From Bugula neritina (Eukaryota; Animalia; Bryozoa), in the NCBI GenBank assembly GCA_964035545.1, contig OZ037765.1, positions 12,906,698 to 12,970,697 of the forward strand: a DNA stretch of 64,000 bases. Reading direction: 5' to 3'. Every line of letters begins with the position of its first letter. Position 1 is the stretch's first letter. Made by a program: the position numbers and the translations under genes. The notes below the pieces were generated by a model, which saw nothing but the letters and a program-made list of their open reading frames with translations, did not search any database and was not told where the DNA came from. This document shows positions 40,401 to 49,050 of the stretch, in pieces.

Positions 40401-41744
40401 AGGGCACTAGACCAACATGTATTCTGTTATTTTGGGCTTCCCGAACAGATACACTCTGATCAAGGCGCTCAATTCCAGTCTCAACTGATGAGCGACCTTT
40501 GCCACCTCTGGGGAGTAAATCAGAGCAGGACCACCCCCTACCACCCTCAAGGTAACGGGGTGGTGGAGCGCAACAACCGGATGCTAGGTGATGCACTCCG
40601 GAGTCTCCTCCTTGGACGAGGTCAAGAGGAATGGGATACGGTGTTGCCGCAAGTCATGCGTGCATACCGTAGCACCCCACACACCAGTACTGGTGAGACC
40701 CCAAACCTCTTGATGCTCGGGAGAGAGACTCGTGTCCCTGACCATCTCACCTATCACGTTCCAGAGCAAGACAACTCGGTTCACGAGTATGCCAGTGATC
40801 TAGTGGAACGGATGAAGGCCGCACACGATATACTGCGTCAACAGCAGTGGAAGGTGCGGCACGAAGATTCCGATGAACCACCTCTCTATCAAACGGGAGA
40901 TAAGGTGTGGATGGTCAATTACCGTAGGCGTCGCGGACAGGCTGACAAACTGAAGCCTAAGTTCGTAGGCCCCTACGTGGTCGTCGAGGCTATGCCCAAT
41001 CATACGTACAAGATCGAGCGCTCAGGACAGGTGTCTATCCAGAATGAGTCTCGCTTGAAACCGTATTGGGCTAGCCCTGACGGAGTGGGAGAAGCCCCCC
41101 CGTTGTTAGAGCCCAGGAGGCAGACAACGACGCGCGGGCGACGGCGGCATGGACCTGAATACGAAGTGGTCATACCGCGGGAGGAAAACTTGGTGAGAGA
41201 GGAGCGGCAGCTTTTGTCAACAGAAGCATGTCCGCCACCGCCAAGTCTAATTCCATCACTTCCAGAAACCGAGCCGGTTCCGGAAGTGCAAACCCCCACG
41301 GAGGGAGGGGCTCCATCCGGAGAACAAGAAGAGGTGACCTCTAACGGTGAAGTAGAGACGCCATTAGAGGCCCCTACTAACGAACCGGCAAGCGTGTCAC
41401 CCCCCCTAGAAAGGGGACAGCGTACGAGGAAACCCCCACCGTATTTGAAAGACTTCATATGTGACTGCATTAGAAGCGGCGCACATGAAAGTCTAGGGGA
41501 AAACCGTACGATAAAATGTTGGAGTTGTGAACCCCACGCAAATATCAACTTTTGCGAGGGCGGAATAGTGGGAGGAATTAATGCGCGTAAAGCAAATAGT
41601 TCCGACCTCGTGCCTCAGAAACGATGCTCAGCCTTTTCTTATGCTGACATCGCCAAAGGCAGACGTACCTCACAACCAGCTCCAACCTTACCAAGAACGT
41701 TGAGTATGGACATTAATACCGAGTTCCCAGGTAAGCCAGTATAA
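37452..41744 (+). CDS. pol: Pol polyprotein: protease, RT, RNase H, integrase with GPY/F and a long C-terminal tail
   Basis: LLDSGC (PR); WSSPVVLV, FCVDYR, LPFGL, YLDD (RT); LDTDAS, ERNYCTTRKELLA, TDH (RH); H-x3-H...CEIC, VAVDLVGP, HSDQG, GNGVVER, FVGPY (IN). The true start is upstream via frameshift. Confidence 0.97.
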   Translation: MRGGGGVKVQPHGESYFLPGKVAGNAVTFLLDSGCTTNLLSRRVFEALPRRDRDRVRPYTGEHGTLADGSCIPFYGIIELSGRVRDQAVQETFIIGQLEEDAILGMPFLKQHQCRIDFSKSVVLMGGRELACVDKFGRPLVGGVQVVRNCTVPGRSRATIHCRVNSNRIARLGVVESAHEKIQLASSLNRLTERGEVLVQCVNPFTEPIELPAGSMLGRFHSVQEEDVGPSLGDATEAPPRYPIQGRGAVPTHLRELYETASGGCASNRERQAMAKLLRDYGDVFSSGEHDVGLTGIVRHEIPLTAGTVPVRQPTRRLGPEKEKEVSRQVRDLLDRGLIEPAHSAWSSPVVLVRKKDGSWRFCVDYRKHNSVTIQDAYPLPRIDESLDALAGSKYFSTLDLLSGYWQVPLSPDAQEKAAFITRDGLWKWKVLPFGLTSAPATFQRLMEQVLSGLHWKTLLVYLDDVIVISPDFETHVSRLQEVFERLRGAGLKLKPSKCALLQPEVKYLGHVVGRNGVATDPEKVRAVEDWVTPQDLTGLRAFLGLVGYYRQYIPDFAGIAQPLNRLTAKGVTWQWTPVEQEAFDRLKGCLLTAPILAYPDPTLEYILDTDASDQNVGAVLSQVQEGREVVVAYYSKSLSPAERNYCTTRKELLAVIKSVKHFRPYLYGRKFRLRTDHASLIWLCRRAEPSSQVARWLEILAEFSYRIEHRPGKRHSNADGLSRRPDGGCKQCLNIERRDGGPPRCELETLAHHGAPFDWDQGHLRQRVDESPEDVQNLRANPVLAGNVRELKKLQEELPGVVADIYRAKREGRRPSEERIRQGCAEFRLYCQRWDSLRIGQDGLLTISLAASGRHPERKRVVCPTAIRRELIWDTHKQAHAGVKRVISKLRLRWYWPQMERDVRLRVKQCEICQASKHSRPPGEAGRRRLYAGRPWQVVAVDLVGPMPLTPRGNNWILVLTDHFTRWADALAIPDASAPTVARALDQHVFCYFGLPEQIHSDQGAQFQSQLMSDLCHLWGVNQSRTTPYHPQGNGVVERNNRMLGDALRSLLLGRGQEEWDTVLPQVMRAYRSTPHTSTGETPNLLMLGRETRVPDHLTYHVPEQDNSVHEYASDLVERMKAAHDILRQQQWKVRHEDSDEPPLYQTGDKVWMVNYRRRRGQADKLKPKFVGPYVVVEAMPNHTYKIERSGQVSIQNESRLKPYWASPDGVGEAPPLLEPRRQTTTRGRRRHGPEYEVVIPREENLVREERQLLSTEACPPPPSLIPSLPETEPVPEVQTPTEGGAPSGEQEEVTSNGEVETPLEAPTNEPASVSPPLERGQRTRKPPPYLKDFICDCIRSGAHESLGENRTIKCWSCEPHANINFCEGGIVGGINARKANSSDLVPQKRCSAFSYADIAKGRRTSQPAPTLPRTLSMDINTEFPGKPV

Positions 41745-41761
41745 GTCTTGTATTCCTATTC

Positions 41762-42835
41762 ATGGAAACGGGCTCGATGCCAGTAAATTCTGAACTAATT
41801 CAGCAGATTGAATCAGAATTACTGGGAACCACGTTTCATGTGAATGACGATGAAGACACTGTAATGGCCGACGGTCTGTTAGACCTGGAGCTAGACACTG
41901 TTCTTGGTCAGTCCACACATGATTCATCAGTTCCTCGAGTGCATTCCAAAAGCTGTGACTCTCAGGCTAGCAACGGTCGACAGTCACTAGAATTATGTTG
42001 TAAAGATCCACCGCGATCTAACAATAATTCTACTTTTGTAGACACACTCGCGCCCGTCTCTCCGGGCATGCCTTCTCTAGAGATGGCGTGGGACCCAGAG
42101 CCGGCCCCAACAACTCCTACAACCAGGCAACTGCCACCCCAGTTGGAAGCAACCTCCAACTGGATTACCCCTGCCACAGAGAGAGAAATCAGGACCCATC
42201 AAGGAGGTGAGAGTAATCGTGAATGCAACCTCTGCCAGCAGCGATTCACAACCCACCGCAGACTAAAAGTACACTTGCCGCAGCACTACATCACCACTTT
42301 CTGCCCTTGCGGAGAATATAGCTACAATCGTGATTACCTACTGCGGCACCAACGTACTATGCAGTGCTATCAAGGGCATGTCTATGAAGTAGACGAATCA
42401 TCATATCCTGCCTTTCTCAACGCCATCAAACCACTCATCACTGACTCAGCTCGGCTATCTCGCCTGGAGCAAGGCTTCCCTTCCCCGCGACCCATCATCT
42501 CTGGAGCCGCAGATAAACCTACACAGTCTACTAACTCTCCACCTCACAGTCCTATACGCATGCCGCATACCTTTCCTCGTGTCGTACTACAGAGAGTAGA
42601 CACCAATGCGTATACACTCCCTCCTCCCCTTCCATCCTCAGAGCGGAAAAGACACAGGCAACCAACTTCCTCTCGCTCGTCCCCCTGGGCCCGTAACCTA
42701 CGTGAGGTAGAAGCTAGGGCGCATGACTTGGAGCAAGAAGTGTACAGGCTGGCCCCACGGGTACAGGCAGCATCCAGTGAACTCAAATATTTACAGGAGT
42801 CTATTAAACGCATGAAGCGTGCGGCCCGCCGCTAA
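41762..42835 (+). CDS. ORF3: acidic N-terminus, two zinc fingers, Pro/Ser-rich linker, C-terminal coiled coil (not Env)
   Basis: Uninterrupted 357-aa ORF inside the element. CNLC-x12-H-x3-H (canonical C2H2) and CPC-x12-H-x5-C. Heptad-like RNLREVEARAHDLEQEVYRL...LKYLQESIKRMKRAARR. No signal peptide or TM segment. Confidence 0.82.
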   Translation: METGSMPVNSELIQQIESELLGTTFHVNDDEDTVMADGLLDLELDTVLGQSTHDSSVPRVHSKSCDSQASNGRQSLELCCKDPPRSNNNSTFVDTLAPVSPGMPSLEMAWDPEPAPTTPTTRQLPPQLEATSNWITPATEREIRTHQGGESNRECNLCQQRFTTHRRLKVHLPQHYITTFCPCGEYSYNRDYLLRHQRTMQCYQGHVYEVDESSYPAFLNAIKPLITDSARLSRLEQGFPSPRPIISGAADKPTQSTNSPPHSPIRMPHTFPRVVLQRVDTNAYTLPPPLPSSERKRHRQPTSSRSSPWARNLREVEARAHDLEQEVYRLAPRVQAASSELKYLQESIKRMKRAARR

Positions 42836-43085
42836 CCCGAGTCTACCTACAACTCCCTACTACTCATTCCCCTACCTCTCTGTGGCATTCCCTACCGTAA
42901 TGGTGGCACGTACTCTATATGTAGATAGGACCTTCTCTTGCTTATTACTTAGTGCACGTTATATATACCTGTATATTTTTTACCAGTTGTTGTTTTTTTA
43001 TTACTTTTATACTGTTCTCTTACCCCCCACTACGAAGTATACGTTTTATGTGAATCTTATTTTATCAGAAAGTGGGCTTTCTGCT

Positions 43086-43096
43086 GGAGGGGGCAG
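43086..43096 (+). other. polypurine tract
   Basis: GGAGGGGGCAG immediately before the 3' LTR. Confidence 0.85.
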
Positions 43097-43401
43097 TGTG
43101 GTGGCTCGTGGAGCTACCAGCAACACAATACGCAAGGTTGCGTATTGACCCGGAACAATGTATTAGCCAATTAGCTAAGCTGTTGGATAAGTAATAGTAG
43201 CCGCTTCGCGCTACTAGCTCAGTTGAGGATAGTGCTATAAATTAAATAGACGTGCGTATCATTACTGTTGTACATTGGATTTTATTATGTATTCTTGTAT
43301 TAAATATAACGATATCTACTCGACTTAACCGGTGAAGTTCCTCTAGTGATAAATAGACTCTCTTGGATAGCACATCAACCCTAAATCTGAAAACTATAAC
43401 A
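43097..43401 (+). repeat. 3' LTR
   Basis: Identical by eye to the 5' LTR; followed by the ATAT TSD. Confidence 0.97.
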
Positions 43402-44749
43402 ATATTCACTTTCAGTCTATCACTCACCATCACCGTGACTATCAGTGTGGGCATGGCTATCACTATCAGAGTTCAGATACTGATAGTCATAGTGATAGTC
43501 AATGGCATATTAATTATTATTAATCAATAATTTAATAAAATTAAATATAATATTAATACTAATTTTAAATTTAATTAATAAATTATAAACTAGAAACTCA
43601 AATATTCATAACTCATAGCTAAATTTTAAATTTAGGCTACGTTTATGCAACATAAATACCATAGCTAAACTTCTATTAAATTTAGAATTTAGGAAGGCAC
43701 TTTTTCAAAACTTTTCCTAGCAAACATGAATATATTATTATGTACAACTATTTCAGTAGTAGTGGCCGCTTTGACTTATTAATATTATTTCAAAATCATG
43801 GCGAAAGGGTTAAAGGTTACACTTCTCTCTGTTTAATGCTAGCAACGCCCAATGAACTACAGCTCCTCAGCTAACGTTCAATGGCAACGCCCACTGAGCT
43901 GGAATAGACTAATAATTATTGAGTTCATTGGCAACGCCCGTCAGCTTTAGCGCAGACTGAGATTAAGAACGACTACTAGTACAGCAGTAAAAATCGGTAC
44001 GGTTACAGATTACACCTACACGCGCAATAAACCTCGATGAAAAAAAGCATGCTAATAGTCTGAAACCAAGTTACAATGTGAGCAAAATTTACTAAAAACA
44101 GCACGGAAATGGGGGCTAATAAAAAGTGTTAGTTGTCCGAACTTTGAACCCCGACGCCAAAACCGAGACTCTCGAATCAACGCATGCAGTGACCACAAAC
44201 TGGGGAGGGCGTTTCAAGCGATTGTTTTTGTGAGCGAGCACATGGCGAAAAAAAATTACCTTTCAGTTTTATTCAAAATAGCATCCTGTGTGTAGAAGTG
44301 CACCCAAAGCTACAGCAGATTGAACCGCCTTACTTTAAGCTTTCAAGTGACAGAATTGATGTTATCAGATATTCTGATTGCAACGTAAGGAAAAGCAAGG
44401 CCAAGTGTTTAATTTTAATTTTTATCATTAATCATTATCATTATGATTAATAATTATCTTATGAATTATGATACTCATACTGATAGTGATACTGATTATT
44501 ATTATAAATATAATATTATCTGTAAGTCAAAGTGTATTTGTAAAGCAGACAATATCATAATGTTACCTCCAGTTACCTCCAGTTTACGATCATGCTAGAC
44601 CACTAGGTAGCAGAAGCGGCATGCCTCATATGTTTACGGTTGGTCAGAAAATAAAATGCATACAATAGTCTATAAATTGGTTGCAGTGTGTGTTGCAATA
44701 TTGTTTATTAGTACAGGTAAGTTAACCTGTCAATGTTTAGATTATTCTG

Positions 44750-47514
44750 TGTGTAAATTAGTCTTGCAAGGATTGTTCCCTTTAAGGCCACGGATTGTCC
44801 GTGGCAAGAAGCTGTTATAATAGCAGTTATTATTGGTGCTGACTGATCTTGGCTGTCCTAGTGTTTGGACCCTAGTTTGGATAAAACTTTCCAGGGTATA
44901 TTAGTTCGTCATACGCTGCAGAGAAGGCTGGGTGATATTCTTCCTTTTGGAGTATCCTCATAAGGAGTCTTAGCCGTTGAGTTCTTCTTCTTTCATCGAG
45001 GGCGGCCAGCTCCAGTCTTTCTTTTGCTTCTCGCACTCCTCTTCTACCCTTGATGTTAGCTATGGCTCTTACTGCCGGTGTTTGTACCTCTTCGATGGAA
45101 TTTATTTCTTTTGTAGTATAGGGGTCCCAAACAGCAGAAGCATAGTCTAGGTGAGGAAGGCATAGGGATTTGTAAGCCATGAGTCTCACTTTTTCGGGTG
45201 CCCAGTGCAAAGCTCTTTTGATCATCCCCAGTTGTTTGTTTGCTAGCAACATTTTGCTCTGGATATGATTATCAAACTTCAGGTTGGCCTGTAGAGTCAC
45301 TCCGAGGTATGTTGATTTGTCCACCTGTTCTAGAACTGTGCCATTTAACGTGTAGTGTGCTGGTATATCTTGCTCTTTGAATGCCATAATTTTGCTCTTT
45401 TTAACATTAAACTCCATACCCCACTTTGAAGCCCAACTTCCTGCTGCATCTATGTTCCTTTGAAACCTTAGTCTGTCTTGGGCATCTGAGACAGGCTGGT
45501 AGAGGAGGGTGTCATCTGCGAAGAGACCAACTTCACAATCAACACAGTCAGGAAGATCATTTATTAACACGAGAAACAGTATGGGGCCGAGCACAGAGCC
45601 CTGAGGTACCCCAGACGTCACTGGCAGTGGTTCTGACTTTTTACCATCGAGTACGACCCTCTGAGATCGGTTTAGGAGGAAGTTGTGTACCCATCTGAGC
45701 AGATAGTCTTTCATTGGTGCAATTGTTCGTAGTTTCTCCATTAGAAGGGCATGGGGGACCCGGTCAAATGCTTTTGTAAAATCTAGGACTGCTGCGTGAA
45801 CAGCCTTATGTTTATCGACATAGTTCAGTATCTGATGGAGAGTGGCGCATAATTGGGTCTCGCAGGACAAGCCCTGGCGAAAGCCGTGTTGTCTTGTGCT
45901 CAGTACATTGTCAACGTTGGCAAGTATTTTACATAGGATGAGATGTTCTGCCATTTTACATGGGATGCTAGTGAGTGAGATGGGTCGATAGTTTTGAGCA
46001 CAATCCTCTGCACCGCTTTTATGGATAGGGGTCACATACGCCTCTTTCCACTGGGTGGGGAGCTTCTGTTGATTCATAGAAGTTTTGTATATGATCGCAA
46101 GACAAGCGGATATTAGTGGGAGATCAACCATCAGATCTGCCTTCCTCAGGCCATCTGGACCTGGAGCTTTTCCAGGCTTGAGGTTCTGTATTAACTTGGC
46201 AATACCATTGCTGTTGATATCTGGTGGATTATCTATGTTTGCTGAGTTGGGACCAAGTGATGTCAGTTGGTGCCCACTGTTGAACTGGGAGTGGAAGAAT
46301 TTGTTGAAGGTTTCCGCACAGTTTTCTGGATCTGCGTTAAGGGTACCATCAGTCATTTTGAGTTTTATGCCATTTTTGTTACTTGAGTTTCCTTTGAGGT
46401 GCCGGTAAAAGGGCTTACTGTTGCCTTCTAGGAGTGGTTGGATGATTTTATTGTGACCATATTCACTTTTTACCATCCTAAAGACTTTCTTAGCTGTTTT
46501 CCGGATTTCCTTGTATTTTGCATAACTGGATAAGTCCCCGTTTGTTTTGTAGTGATTATAGCTTTTCCTCTCTTTACGTGATATCCGTCTACACTCTTTG
46601 TTAAACCAAACAGGTTCATTTTTAAGCTTAGACGACAGTACTTTCGTTTGGACATGGTCACATATGGCCTGTTGTAGACTAGATGAAAAATGATCCCACA
46701 TTTCCTGTACATCATCCAATTCATCTAGGTCATGTTTAGTTTTTTGCAAATCTTCCCGGAATTTGTTGATATCTACTCTGTGGTAATCTTTGACAGTTTT
46801 GGAGGTTACTATATGGTGGTCTTTTGCTTTGTTTTATCGGATATTTGCTTTTATCATGGCGTGATCACTTAGCCCTGGGAAGATTACGTCTTGGGATGTT
46901 AAGTCTTGGGGGGAGTTGGTGCAAAGTAAGTCGAGCGTGTTGCCATGAATGTGGGTTGGTGAGGTTATTAGTTGACTTAGGTTATAGAAGTTCAACATAC
47001 ATAGGAATGAGTTATGAAGGACCTTATCCTGGGCCTTCAGTTTGGGTTGATAAGTGTGCCAATTAATGTGAGGGAGATTGAAATCCCCGGCTAAGATGAT
47101 GTGGTCATTGGGGAACTGTTGAGTTAATAATTCTAGGTTGCTACTCAATATGGATACATCTCTATCATGTGGGGGTCTGTAGTAACATCCGACAATTAAG
47201 CTCTCCTCTATTCTTACAAATATGATCTCGGCACTAGTTTTATCTTCTATGTTAATTTGGGTAGAGCGCAGGTTGTCATCAATGGCGATTAAGACCCCAC
47301 CCCCATTTACATTACGATACTTTCTGTAGATCCTTTTGTTGTTATAATCAAAGATGGTGTGACTTGGTATCATCTGATTTATGTGTGTCTCAGTCAGGCA
47401 GATTATGTCGGAATTATATGTTTGTGATGATAGTTCAATAGTTTTGCCTTTGAGAGATCTCACATTGGCAAGAAAGAATTTTAAACACTGGTCTGTTTGG
47501 TCATGTATCGCCAT
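44750..47514 (-). pseudogene. LINE ORF2: APE endonuclease + reverse transcriptase, frameshifted
   Basis: ANVRSL, IICLTETH, GGGV, YRPP, GDFN, TLDL, SDH (EN). KAPGPDG, YRPISLT, QHGFR, LDFTKAFD, GVPQGSVLGP, FADD (RT). C-terminal SFLPRTIR lies in another frame after 44872. Confidence 0.93.
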
Positions 47515-48510
47515 TCCCTGAAGGAGATTTTGTCTGTATTTTCATATTTCTTATCCGATAGTCAGTTTCTTGGTCAGTGTCACTGTTTTCCCCTTTCATT
47601 TGTTTTATCTCTTGCCGAAGGGCATACTGCTGGTCACGGATCTCTTTGCATTCATCAAGTTTGCAGTAAATCTTGCGTCCACGTAGTGTAGCATTTGTTC
47701 TTTTTAGGAATTCCCACTTTGAATATTCGTCTGGAAATTCTATTTTAATCGGCCTTGGTTTGTTTTTGTCAACTGGTCCTGAGGTCTGTAAGCGTATTGC
47801 TCTTAGGGGTTTCGGAGTTGCATGGAAAGTATCACTCGTCATTAGGTCTTTAATCATCTCCAGTGCGCTTTTACCTTCCTGTTCATCTATGCCATAAAGA
47901 ACGGCATTATTTTTCCTGTTTTCAGTCTCCCGTTGTTCAATACTCTTCTTCAGCAGGTTTCGAGCACTGTCGCTGATCTCCATCCCTTTCTTCAGGTTTC
48001 AGTATTTGACTTTGCAGCGTCGGCATATGATTTCTCTAGTTTTGTCATACTTTCTTCAAGGGCAGTGTTTGTTGCTCCAATCTTTGCATTAATTTGTTGC
48101 ATTATGTCTTCAATTTTATTAAGCTTTCTTGAGTGGGTGCTGTGAAGCGCAAGAGAGTCTTCACCGTTGTTGTTCACCCTGTCTCAGCCTTGAAGAGAAG
48201 CTTCAATGACTGGAAGGCATGTGTTGCAGAACCATTTCACATTCTTTTCATCCATTTTGTCTAGCGTAGCAACATCTGAATTGGTGAGGCTTTGGCAGGT
48301 ACCATGGAACCAATCATCACAAAAATCACATTGGATCCACTTAGCACCAAATTTTTGAGAAAGGCCTTTTGTGTTAGTAACATAGCAATCGACAATGTTA
48401 CAAGTTTTGCATTCTGGGTTGGTCGAGTCTTTGTTTTTGTCATTTTGAGACTGTTGTGATCCTGGTTGTGGTTGGCTTTGAGTGTTCCAGTCACCAGCCA
48501 TCACGGACAA
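47501..48510 (-). pseudogene. LINE ORF1: PHD finger, coiled coil, RRM-like region; split into three frames
   Basis: CKTC...WIQCDFCDDWFHGTC...WFCNTC (48184-48510), KSYADAAK, RKNNAVLYGIDE...KPRPIKIEF. Confidence 0.85.
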
Positions 48511-48805
48511 CTAGAGTCTTGTGTTGTAGTAACAATACAATATAATGATAATTATGTTTATAGTTATTATTATTATTTATAATACTATACTAATTCGTAG
48601 TATAGTATAGTTATTGGTTTCTAAGATCTAGAGAGCAAAAAGTTACTTTTTGTATGTTTTTGTATGGGGGAAATTTTTTGTATGCTTTGAGTATGTTTGG
48701 ATATGAGGCACGCCCTACCTAAGTGGTGAATTTTGAACCAAATTGGCATAAGAATTTAAATCTTAAATTTTTGCGTCCGCCATCTTCGCAACCTTGACCT
48801 TGTAT

Positions 48806-49045
48806 TCAAGGTTGAATTTCTGCAAGTATGCCTTTCATAGATCTAGTGTTAGAATAAAGAACTTTGAATGAACTTACATTGCTATTTGAACAATTTTGTT
48901 TTTGTGAATTTTTTATTTTAAATGCGGATTTTCTTTTCGCTTCTGTCTCAGTTCCGGCCTCAATAAAAATCTCTTGTGTACGCTGTGCACTATTACGATT
49001 AAATCTAGCGGGTATCTTAGAAACCCTTGCTTCAGAACATCCCAC
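48806..49045 (-). pseudogene. fragment of an older LINE (start of the APE endonuclease)
   Basis: FKVLYSNTRSMKG matches the EN N-terminal motif. A probable continuation (YDIVCFT) is at about 44560-44535, beyond the inserted CR1 element. Confidence 0.55.
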
Positions 49046-49050
49046 TGTTA

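Larger units (their letters stand above)
35959..43401 (+). mobile_element. full-length, very young Ty3/Gypsy LTR retrotransposon with a third ORF
   Basis: Two 305-bp TG...CA LTRs, identical by eye. ATAT TSD (35955-35958 / 43402-43405), PBS, PPT, gag, PR-RT-RH-IN pol, ORF3. Confidence 0.98.
44562..48795 (-). mobile_element. full-length CR1-group LINE (PHD-containing ORF1, APE-RT ORF2), inactivated by frameshifts
   Basis: 5' end with AAGATGGCG (YY1-like, 48778-48786). 3' tail of two GTTACCTCCA units (44562-44581). ORF1 and ORF2 as listed separately. Confidence 0.9.

Noticed and set aside
41000-41548. 182-aa antisense ORF, and other antisense ORFs, within the Gypsy pol
   Set aside because: Shadow ORFs expected in GC-rich coding DNA; no recognisable motif; non-ATG or arbitrary starts.
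43805-44785. TTAA-flanked piggyBac/Kolobok-like element
   Set aside because: The putative right end lies in LINE ORF2 coding sequence, and no convincing TIR pair was found.
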